A DNA stretch of 28,936 bases from an uncultured Deinococcaceae bacterium (GTDB taxonomy: Bacteria > Deinococcota > Deinococci > Deinococcales > Deinococcaceae): contig CAXULY010000054.1 in NCBI GenBank assembly GCA_964252075.1, positions 1-28,936 of the forward strand, read 5' to 3'. The stretch's first letter is position 1; each line of letters starts with the position of its first letter. Shown in pieces: positions 8,671 to 16,700 of the stretch. The notes beneath the pieces were generated by a model that was given only the letters and a program-made list of their open reading frames with translations, was not told where the DNA came from and did no database searches. A program made the translations under genes and the position numbers.

Positions 8671-9288
8671 ATGACGAAAGACAACACACCGCCCGACGCG
8701 CAGCCGGACGCGCCGCTGCTCATCGCCAAGCGCCTGTGGCACGGCCGCGCCTGGCTGCCTGAGGGCGCCACCTTCGACACGGAGGGCGTGCCCGCGGAGC
8801 TGGTGCAGCAGTACCGCCAGCAGGGGTATCTGCGCACCGCGGACGAGATCGAGCGCGACCGGAACGCCGAGGCGTACCACGCGCGCAAGGCCGCGGACCG
8901 GCAGGGCGTCGCGCTGCAGGAAGCCCGCGAGAAGATCCAGGACCTGACCGGGCAGCTGGAGACCGCGAAGGCGGAGGCGGGCAAGGTGGCGGGCCTGCAG
9001 GCGCAGGTGACGACCCTGACCAGCCAGCTGCAGGCCGCCGCCGGAAAGCCGGAGGATGCAGCGGCCCTCAAGGCGTACCGCGACGTGGTCGGCGAGCTGC
9101 TGCCGGAGGGCCTCGCGCCGAACGCCCGCAAGAGCCTCACCGAAGCGGGCTTCGTCGGGAAGCACCTGCTGGCGCGCGTATCGGATGAGGAGCTGCGCGC
9201 ACTCCCGAACGTCGGGGACGGCACCCTCGAGGCGCTCCGCAAGTTCGCGCCCCTGCACGCCCCGCCGGCACCCACGCCCGAGGGCTGA
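8671..9288 (+). CDS. Coiled-coil protein with C-terminal helix-hairpin-helix (RNAP alpha-CTD-like) domain
   Basis: Heptad region LQEAREKIQDLTGQLE...; GLAPNARKSLTEAGF...LARVSDEELRALPNVGDGTLEALRK. Confidence 0.75.
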   Translation: MTKDNTPPDAQPDAPLLIAKRLWHGRAWLPEGATFDTEGVPAELVQQYRQQGYLRTADEIERDRNAEAYHARKAADRQGVALQEAREKIQDLTGQLETAKAEAGKVAGLQAQVTTLTSQLQAAAGKPEDAAALKAYRDVVGELLPEGLAPNARKSLTEAGFVGKHLLARVSDEELRALPNVGDGTLEALRKFAPLHAPPAPTPEG

Positions 9289-9291
9289 GCC

Positions 9292-9699
9292 GTGACGGCG
9301 CCCGCACGGCCCCTCAAGCCCAGGCAGCGCCTGGAGGGCGAGCTGAACCTGCTGCCCAGCGACGTCGGCCTGAGCAGCGCCGCCTTTGATGACCGCATCA
9401 AGCTGTGGGCCCAGCTCGCCGCGGAACGGGCGGGCGCCACGGAAGCGCAGCAGTACCAGCACCTCAAGGCGCTCGCCATCCGCGCGTGGATCACCGCGCT
9501 GTCCCGCAAGGCCGACAAGTTCCGCGCGGAGGGCGACGTCACGACCGAGCGCGACATCCTCGGGCGCATTGAGCGCCTCGAGGCGCTGGAGGCTGCGGCG
9601 ATCGACCAGGCCGGGCTGAACCCCGACGCGCCCGCAGACGGGGACGGTGCAGCCGCCGATACGGAATGCGGCATCGTCCCCTGGGGCGTGTGCCCATGA
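9292..9699 (+). CDS. Putative head-tail adaptor
   Basis: 135 aa, helical; position only; GTG start. Confidence 0.55.
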   Translation: MTAPARPLKPRQRLEGELNLLPSDVGLSSAAFDDRIKLWAQLAAERAGATEAQQYQHLKALAIRAWITALSRKADKFRAEGDVTTERDILGRIERLEALEAAAIDQAGLNPDAPADGDGAAADTECGIVPWGVCP

Positions 9700-10043
9700 G
9701 CGACCTCGACGACCTGCGCGCCGACACCCTCGCGGAGCTCATCGCCAACGAGGACGTGCTGTACCCCCACAAGCTCGTGTGGTCGGGTGGCGTGACATGC
9801 CGCTGCAGCATCAAAGATCCACAGCAGGTGAACACCGCGTACGCGCAGGCCATCCGCCAGCAGCCTGACGCCCTTGAGATGCGGATCGTCAAGTTTCACC
9901 CCAGCGACCCCATCCCGGCGGAAGGCGCAAGCGCCACGTGGCTCACGACCTTCGGTGAGGTGCGCCTCACCATCGTGAACCTCACCGACCCGCGCCTCGT
10001 GACCCAAACACCCCTCGCGACGGCCCGCGCTGAACGGAGGTGA
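9696..10043 (+). CDS. Putative head closure/stopper protein
   Basis: ATGA overlap with the previous stop; 115 aa, beta-rich; position only. Confidence 0.55.
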   Translation: MSDLDDLRADTLAELIANEDVLYPHKLVWSGGVTCRCSIKDPQQVNTAYAQAIRQQPDALEMRIVKFHPSDPIPAEGASATWLTTFGEVRLTIVNLTDPRLVTQTPLATARAERR

Positions 10044-10046
10044 GGT

Positions 10047-10505
10047 GTGGATGTCATCACCTACGCCTTCGAGCGTTTACGGCCGCTCGCCCTGGGCACG
10101 CCGGCCGTCCGTGTGCTGCAGCCCGGCGAGTTCGGTGAGCCGCTCACGCCGCTCCCGCCAAACAAGAAGGCCAGCCTCAGCACCTACCTCACGGACCGCG
10201 CGCCTGGTGGGCTGGTGCAGCTGCATGAGCCGCAGGGCATCCTGACGGACCCGCTGGGGCTGGTGGACGCCGAGATGGCCTTCGTGGACATCACCGCGTC
10301 CAGCACGGACCCAGAGGCCGCCCGCACGGCCTGCCGGGCGCTCGCCACCCGCGTGCGCCTCGCGCTCGGGCACACGCCCCTCCAGCCGTCGCTGTGGCTG
10401 TTCCAGCGGCGCAACCTCAGCAACCCCGTCGAGACCAACATCTGGCGCATCCAGGACACCTACCAGGTGCGCGCCGTCCTCGGGACGGCAGAAGGAGCAG
10501 CATGA
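10047..10505 (+). CDS. Putative tail terminator protein
   Basis: 152 aa directly upstream of the tail tube; GGAGG RBS with GTG start. Confidence 0.55.
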   Translation: MDVITYAFERLRPLALGTPAVRVLQPGEFGEPLTPLPPNKKASLSTYLTDRAPGGLVQLHEPQGILTDPLGLVDAEMAFVDITASSTDPEAARTACRALATRVRLALGHTPLQPSLWLFQRRNLSNPVETNIWRIQDTYQVRAVLGTAEGAA

Positions 10506-11341
10506 CCATCCCCCTGCCCACCGGCTTCGTGAAGAACCCGGACATCCTCAGCGAAGCGCAGGCCATCCCCACCGGCGCCGACTGCTACTTCCGCCCGGGC
10601 GCCACGCCCGGCGCGGAGTTCATCCGCTTCGGGTACGTCACCATCAGCAACCGCACGAAGGTCAACGACAAGTTCGAGCCGGAAGGCAACCTGAACGGCA
10701 TCTCCCAGAAAATCGCCAGCTACAGCAAGACCATTGGCGAGACGATGCAGTTCTACACCAAGAGCAACAACAACGCCGACGTGCTGCGCATTTACTACGG
10801 CGGGAACACCTTCACCGGCACCAGCACCAGCGGCTTCGACGGCGTCATCGGCCTGGTGGAGAACGGCACGCCCAGCACCGGCGACTTCCTGCTCATCAAC
10901 GACACCGCCGTGACCGGGCAGAACGTCCGCATCGCGTACTACCCGAGCGTGCAGATCAACGGCAACGGCGTGCAGACCGAGGACATCGCCGAGTACCCCC
11001 AGTTCGACCTCACCACCCTCGCGTGGGGCACCTGGACGCCGCCCGAGAAGATCGCGCCGTACGTCCAGAGCACCAGCAACAACGTGAAGGTCACCTTCCT
11101 GGTGCCCGCCGCGAAGGTCGCCGAGGTCCTCACGGAGATCCTCGGGTCGGGCGGCGTCACCAGCGACTGGCAGGCGACGCACAACTACGCCCTGAACGCC
11201 ACCGCGCACCCCGCGAACGGCCACACCTACCACGTCACGACCGCCGGTGAGTCCGGCGCGACGGAACCCACCTGGCCCACCGCGTCCGGCGGCACCGTTG
11301 TGGACGGCACCGTCCACTGGACGGAAGGCGCCGGCTCCTGA
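10502..11341 (+). CDS. Major tail tube protein with C-terminal CBM5/12-like domain
   Basis: GAAGGAG RBS and ATG 10502; strongly biased codons; followed by a terminator; C-terminal WQATHNYALN...NGHTYHVTTAGESGATEPTWPTASGGTVVDGTVHW. Confidence 0.75.
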   Translation: MTIPLPTGFVKNPDILSEAQAIPTGADCYFRPGATPGAEFIRFGYVTISNRTKVNDKFEPEGNLNGISQKIASYSKTIGETMQFYTKSNNNADVLRIYYGGNTFTGTSTSGFDGVIGLVENGTPSTGDFLLINDTAVTGQNVRIAYYPSVQINGNGVQTEDIAEYPQFDLTTLAWGTWTPPEKIAPYVQSTSNNVKVTFLVPAAKVAEVLTEILGSGGVTSDWQATHNYALNATAHPANGHTYHVTTAGESGATEPTWPTASGGTVVDGTVHWTEGAGS

Positions 11342-11357
11342 CCTGAGCGGCAATCCC

Positions 11358-11384
11358 GGGGCGGCCAGTGGGCCGCCCCTTTTT
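11358..11384 (+). terminator. Rho-independent terminator
   Basis: GGGGCGGCC-agtg-GGCCGCCCC-TTTTT. Confidence 0.85.
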
Positions 11385-11405
11385 GAGAAAGGCCCCAACA
11401 CGAGA

Positions 11406-11807
11406 ATGAACGAGACCATCATCCTGCAGACCGGGCCGGCCGCGACGGTCAAGCCCTGGCCGTTCAAGCACGCGGCCGCCAACCTCGCCACGTACCTCGC
11501 GTTTCTCAGCGAGTGGCGCCTGTTCATCGGCGCCGCGCAGCGCCAGGAGCGCGTGGACTCCACCCGCATGCAGGTCCTCATGGACCAGGTGCTGATCGAC
11601 GCCGGACTCGACCCGGATCAGGCCGTGAGTGACGACTTCCGCTCGGTCCTCGACGCCATCGAGCAGGTGAACGGGGTGGATGAACTGGTCTCAAAACCCA
11701 TCGGCCTGCTGGTCCGGAAGATGGAAGCCATCAACCGGCAGGCCACCCCCGTCGCGCCTTCGTCCTCGACCCCGCTGCCCAGCGACGTTACCTCGCAGGC
11801 GTCCTAG
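11406..11807 (+). CDS. Tail assembly chaperone (gpG-like)
   Basis: 133 aa after the tail tube; GAAAGG upstream of ATG 11406. Confidence 0.65.
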   Translation: MNETIILQTGPAATVKPWPFKHAAANLATYLAFLSEWRLFIGAAQRQERVDSTRMQVLMDQVLIDAGLDPDQAVSDDFRSVLDAIEQVNGVDELVSKPIGLLVRKMEAINRQATPVAPSSSTPLPSDVTSQAS

Positions 11808-12136
11808 CGGACCTTGGCCCGGACGCGTACCTGGCGGTGCTGGAGATGCCGCTGCCGCTCATCGAGGAGACGCGCGAGGCGGTGCGCATGAAGCGCAAGC
11901 AGGAGCGCTACCACCGCCTCATGGACGACCTCATGCGCGGCGACGGCGATTACGGCGTCGGCATCGACGGCACCATGCCCAGCAGCAACCTCGGGTACAA
12001 ATTCCACCGGCGCACCATGGAGGCCTACCTGAACCGCCTGTGGCGCGACGCGTTCGGCGCGCTCGCCGAGAGCGCCGAGAAGGTACAGCTGCGCCAGGAG
12101 CACGAGCGGAACCTCGAGGCGATCTTCAGTGACTGA
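11684..12136 (+). CDS. Tail assembly chaperone C-terminal part (gpT-like), probably reached by -1 frameshift
   Basis: Frame is -1 relative to 11406 and open from 11684 (after TGA 11681), with no ATG/GTG/TTG until 11837; A-run TCA-AAA-CCC at 11691-11699. Confidence 0.6.
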   Translation, partial: TGLKTHRPAGPEDGSHQPAGHPRRAFVLDPAAQRRYLAGVLADLGPDAYLAVLEMPLPLIEETREAVRMKRKQERYHRLMDDLMRGDGDYGVGIDGTMPSSNLGYKFHRRTMEAYLNRLWRDAFGALAESAEKVQLRQEHERNLEAIFSD

Positions 12137-12183
12137 CCCGGAGGGAACCATGCACCACACGACGCACGTTCGGGGGCGCTGAC

Positions 12184-12687
12184 GTGCCCGGCCGACTCAC
12201 CGGCGGGATGCGCGCGGCCGCCGCGCGCTACCAGGGCGCCAGCGCGCGCTTCGAGGACGCCTTACGCGCCCAGGTCACCCTGATCGCCAACCGCACGCGC
12301 GCCGTCGGGCAGGCGGGCATGGTGATCGGCGTGTACGGCACGCCCAGCGGCGCGTATCAGCGCACGAACCACTACCAGGAGAGCTTCTACTGCGTGCCGC
12401 TGCAGGTCGGGCACGCGCTCGGCCTGGAGGTGGGGAACACCGCCGAGTACGCCAGCCTCATCGAGTTCGGGCTGCTCGGCGAGCACATCACCGAGGAACA
12501 GGCGCGCGCACTCGCCGAGGCGCTCGGGGACGCCGCCGTGCCGCTCGGGCTGGGCCGCAGCGCCGCGCAGTATTTGAAGCCGAACCCCACCGTGACGCGC
12601 GCCGCGGCGTACGCGCGGCTCACGCTGCAGAAGGCCAGCGGGCAGGTCCTCGCGCAGGTGCTCGAAGCGCACGGGCAGACGACCTAG
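12184..12687 (+). CDS. HK97 gp10-like tail completion/neck protein
   Basis: YQRTNHYQESF...LEVGNTAEYASLIEFG motif. Confidence 0.7.
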   Translation: MPGRLTGGMRAAAARYQGASARFEDALRAQVTLIANRTRAVGQAGMVIGVYGTPSGAYQRTNHYQESFYCVPLQVGHALGLEVGNTAEYASLIEFGLLGEHITEEQARALAEALGDAAVPLGLGRSAAQYLKPNPTVTRAAAYARLTLQKASGQVLAQVLEAHGQTT

Positions 12688-13193
12688 AGTTTATGCGGCT
12701 GAACGTCATGCGGTTAGCCGACTGATGACCATTTCAGCGGGTCAGATCAAACTGTGGTGGCCGAGGCCACCACATCCTTTGCTCCACACCACGAGCCGGG
12801 GCATTAAAAGGCAGCGCCAGGATCTCTTGGACCCAGGTCACCAATTCTGGCAAGATTGCCGTCTCAACATGGATGCGCGCCGCTCGAGCAAATACCCTTG
12901 GCACATTGCCCGCGCGGACATAAAGGCGCTCATATTCTACTTTTGCGTTCGGGGGCCAATAAAATGTGTCGAAAAAAATCTGCCCCGACATGTGATAAAG
13001 GGTAACATCAATGTGGACTCCCGCTTGTTCTAGGGCTTGTTCTAGCGCAGACGACTTGAGCACAAAACTGTCGCGCTTCGATATTTTTGCTTTCGTAATA
13101 TGCACAATCGCACCTTTTAGAGCGTTGGAGATGTCGTGCGGCATCGCAAATGGCGAGGGCGCATTCCGTCGAGCTGTTCAGCCGCACGAAACT
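12688..13193. mobile_element. Non-autonomous IR-bounded cassette (MITE/transporter-IS-like) carrying one cargo gene
   Basis: Left end AGTTTATGCGGCTGAAC (12688-12704); right end GTTCAGCCGCACGAAACT (13176-13193); TAG on both flanks (12685-87, 13194-96); abrupt GC drop; no transposase. Confidence 0.7.
12734..13105 (-). CDS. Cargo hypothetical protein (GTG 13105 with AAGGTG RBS; alternative ATG at 13144)
   Basis: Low-GC ORF (M)HITKAKISKRDSFVLKSS...FYWPPN...ERLYVRAG...LPELVTW, wholly inside the IRs. Confidence 0.7.
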   Translation of the reverse strand: MHITKAKISKRDSFVLKSSALEQALEQAGVHIDVTLYHMSGQIFFDTFYWPPNAKVEYERLYVRAGNVPRVFARAARIHVETAILPELVTWVQEILALPFNAPARGVEQRMWWPRPPQFDLTR

Positions 13194-13708
13194 TAGCGAG
13201 ACACAAAATCCACGTTCGCCCGCGCGTCGTCCGCGGTTGTGCCCTTCACCACGCACGCGAGGGTGCTGCGGATCTTCACGCCGACGGCGTTCTGCGCGTC
13301 AAACTCCTCCGCGTATCCCCAGTGGTCCCCGTACCACTTCGGCGCCGGCGCGCCGTACACGGTGCGGAATGAATTTGGGGTGCGCAGCTTGTCGCGCGCC
13401 GCGCGCTCACACCGCTCGCGCACGATGCCCGGATCCATATTGGCGATCGCTACAGGCCCCGCGGGTACACCCGAATCGACCGCCAGGCCGCCCGCGCGGT
13501 TCATGCTGACCAGCACGATCACCGCGCACACCATGAAGACCGCCACGGCGACCAGACCGGTGATCACCGTGGCGTTCATGGCCAGCGGTTCCGGCGTTTT
13601 CGCCGGAACACCCCCTTCGAGGAGGGCGGGCCCGGGTGTGGGCTGCAGGGGGCGGCCGAAGCGCACCGCCTCCATCAAGGGGGACAGGTCGTCGCGCCGT
13701 TCGCTCAT
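13193..13708 (-). CDS. Membrane-anchored moron protein (possible superinfection exclusion)
   Basis: One hydrophobic helix (VITGLVAVAVFMVCAVIVLVSM), then C...LRTPNSF...FDAQNAVG..IR...C domain; antisense, upstream of the tape measure. Confidence 0.75.
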   Translation of the reverse strand: MSERRDDLSPLMEAVRFGRPLQPTPGPALLEGGVPAKTPEPLAMNATVITGLVAVAVFMVCAVIVLVSMNRAGGLAVDSGVPAGPVAIANMDPGIVRERCERAARDKLRTPNSFRTVYGAPAPKWYGDHWGYAEEFDAQNAVGVKIRSTLACVVKGTTADDARANVDFVSR

Positions 13709-13715
13709 GAATCAC

Positions 13716-13721
13716 ACACTA
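13716..13721 (-). promoter_or_regulatory. -10 box TAGTGT of a probable leaderless transcript
   Basis: TANNNT 7 nt before ATG 13708; no SD in between. Confidence 0.55.
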
Positions 13722-13775
13722 CACCGCCCCGCTCACCGGGGCCTCATCCCCGCCCTCGCAAGGAGGTGAACACCG

Positions 13776-16700
13776 ATCGACGTGACCGACCGCCTGCTGC
13801 TCGACAACAGCGACTTCCTCAACAAACTCGACCAGGTGGGCGCGCGCTGGACCCAGACCGTGGACCGCATCGACACGCGCCCCATTCAGCCGCGCGTCGA
13901 CACCAGCGTCGCGGACCGCCAGATCACCGCGCTCGAGCAGCGCATGGCGCAGCTCACCAGCAAGGTCAGCACGTCCCTGCAGGTCGGTCAGGTGTCCCCC
14001 ACCCCCAGCGCGAACCTCGGGAACACCGGCGCGGGCCAGTCCTCGCAGGCGCTCCAGCAGCTCACCGAGGTCATCAAGGAACTGACCACCGCGTACCGCG
14101 AGATGAACGGGGACGCCGCGAAGAACCGCGCGGCCCTCAACCAGGTGGACCCCGCGTACCAGGCGCTCGCGCGCACCATCAAGCAGCTCTCCACCGAGTG
14201 GCGCGCCGGGAAGGGCGACGCGACCGAATTCAGCGCGCAGATGACCACGCTGCGCGCCCGCGCGAACGAACTCGCGGAGGGTGAGCTGCTCGGCAGCCGC
14301 AACGCGCTGCTGCTCGCGTCGGCCATCAGCACGGCCAGCCGGGCGCTCGGCGAGAACGCGCGCGCCGCGAGCCCCGCCGCGGCCGAAGCGGAACGCCTGC
14401 GGCGTGGCGTGGCCGGCACCCGCGCGGAGTACCAGTCGCACAACGCGACGGCCGCGCAGACCGTCACGCGCCTGCGGGAGCTGTACGACCAGGCGCAGCG
14501 CCTCTCCGGGCAGCTGCCGCGCGAGAGCGCCGAGTGGCTGAAGCTCCAGACCACCATGCGCACCGCGGCGGCCACCATGGACGTCCTGAAGGGCAAGACG
14601 CCCCTCCTCGGCATCCAGGACGCCCTCGAGCGCGCCATCGCGAAGAACGGCCCGGCCTTCCAGGCGCTCATCACGCAGCTCGCCAGCTTCGGCGGGCCGG
14701 TCGGGAACGTCCTCACGCAGATGGGGTCCTTCACGAGCGGCCTGCAGGGCATGACCGCCGCGGAAATCGCGGCCGTCGCGCCCGTCGGGGCGCTCGCGGC
14801 GGCGTTCCTGGCGCTCGGCGCGGCCATCACCGCGAGCATCCACGCGGCCATCCCCTTCGAGGCGGGGCTGAAGCAGCTGCAGGCGCTCACGGGCCTCAGC
14901 AACGCGGACATCGGGGAGCTCGGGCGGGGCTTCCAGCAGCTCAGCGGGCAGCTGCCCATCACCAGCAACGAACTGGTCGAGGTGGCCCGCAACGCCGCCC
15001 TGGTGGGCGTGCACGGCAAGGAAGAGATCGCCCAGTACACCGAGGTCATGGCGCAGCTGGGCGTGCTGCTGCGCGACACGAACGGCAACATGCACGACCT
15101 CGAGGGCACCGGGCGGGAACTCGCGAAGTTCCTGAACGCCGCGGGCATCGCCGGTGACGCGTTCATCCCCGCGCTGCGCGTCATGAGCTCCGAGCTGATC
15201 ACGCTCAAGACCCACGTGGGCGGTACCGTCCCGGAAATCCTGAACATGAGCAGCTACCTGGTGTCGATGGGCACCAAGCTGGGCCTCACCGCCGAGCAGG
15301 TCCTCGCGCTGTCCAGCGCGATCGCCAGCACGGGCGGCAAGGCGCAGGCGAGCGGCCACGCCATCGCCCGCATCATCGAGGACATGCAGGACGCCGCCCT
15401 GAACGGCGGCAAGGTCGCGCAGGACTACGCGCGCATCCTCGGCCTGACCGCCGAGCAGTTCCAGCAGCTCGCCCTGCACAACCCCGCGGAGGCCTTCAAG
15501 CTCCTCGCGGGCGGCATCGACAACGCCACCAAGGGTGGGCGCTCCATCGCGGAGATCTTCGACACCCTCAACATCAAGAACGTCCGCCTGAAGCAGACCA
15601 TCGCGGAAGCCGCCGTGGCGTTCCCGAAGCTCGCGACGGCCCTCGGCATCGCGCAGGAAGCGCAGTCGAACCAGGGGGACCTCGCGGCGCGCGCCGCCAT
15701 CGCGACCGACAACTTCCGGGACAAGACCAAAAAGCTCGAGGACGTCATCACGTCCATCGCGCAGGCCATCGGCATCCAGTTCCTGCCCGCCCTGAGTGGC
15801 GTGATCGACAAGACCGCCGCGTTCGCCACCACCCTGCTGAACGTCGCGCAGGGCGCCGAGCCCCTCCCGGACAAACTGAAGCTCGTCGCGGACGGCATCC
15901 TCGGCATCGGCGTGGCGATCGGCACGACCAGCGTCATCACGAAGATCAGCACCCTCGTCACGAGCCTCGGCGCGCTGCGCCTCGCCACGAGTGAACTCGC
16001 GCTGATCGACGGCGCGCAGGGCGCCGGGCTGTTCGCGCGCATCGGGGGCCTACTGGGCGGCGGCGCCGGCGGGGGCATCAAGGCCCTCACGGGCCTCCTC
16101 ACGGCCGGCGTGAGCAGCGCCGCGGCCTTCGGCATCATCGCGGGCGCCGTCGTGGCCCTCGCGGCGTACAGCGCGCAGCTGTACCAGGACACCCTCAACA
16201 CCTACCAGAACGCCGACAAGGCGAGTGACGCGTCCGACGCGCAGCTCAACTCCCGCATCCAGGAACTGCTCAAGGCGGGCGACACCCGCAGCCGCACCCA
16301 GGCCGCGTACCTGAACGCCCTGCAGCGCTACTCCGCCGCGCAGCAGGGCACCTACACCGGCACCACCCTGTTCGGCGAGCGGCAGTACAAGGTGAACCCC
16401 GCGCAGGTCGAAGCGGCCCGCCAGCAGATGCAGGCGCTGCGCGCGCAGCTCACCGAACTCGACAAGGCCGCCCCGCACGCCGCGGCGTCCGTCTCGCACG
16501 TCGCGGACCACTCCACCGGCGAGCAGTTCGGCGAGATGGCCGTGAAGATCGGCGAGCTGAACGCCGGCCTCACGAAGACCGACAGCACCCCCCTGCAGCA
16601 GGCCCTGGATGCCGCCCGCGAGAAGGTGCAGTCCTACCGCAGCGAGGTGCAGAAACTCCTCGACGCGGGCAAACTCAAGCCCGACGAGGGCAAGGCGCTG

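Noticed and set aside
12691..12708. RDRM (DdrO box)-like palindrome TTATGCGGCTGAACGTCA
   Set aside because: One base longer than the 17-bp motif and better explained as the cassette inverted repeat
12695..12720. Integron attC site (CGGCTAAC...GTTCAGCCG on the - strand)
   Set aside because: Far too short, no L boxes, no integron integrase
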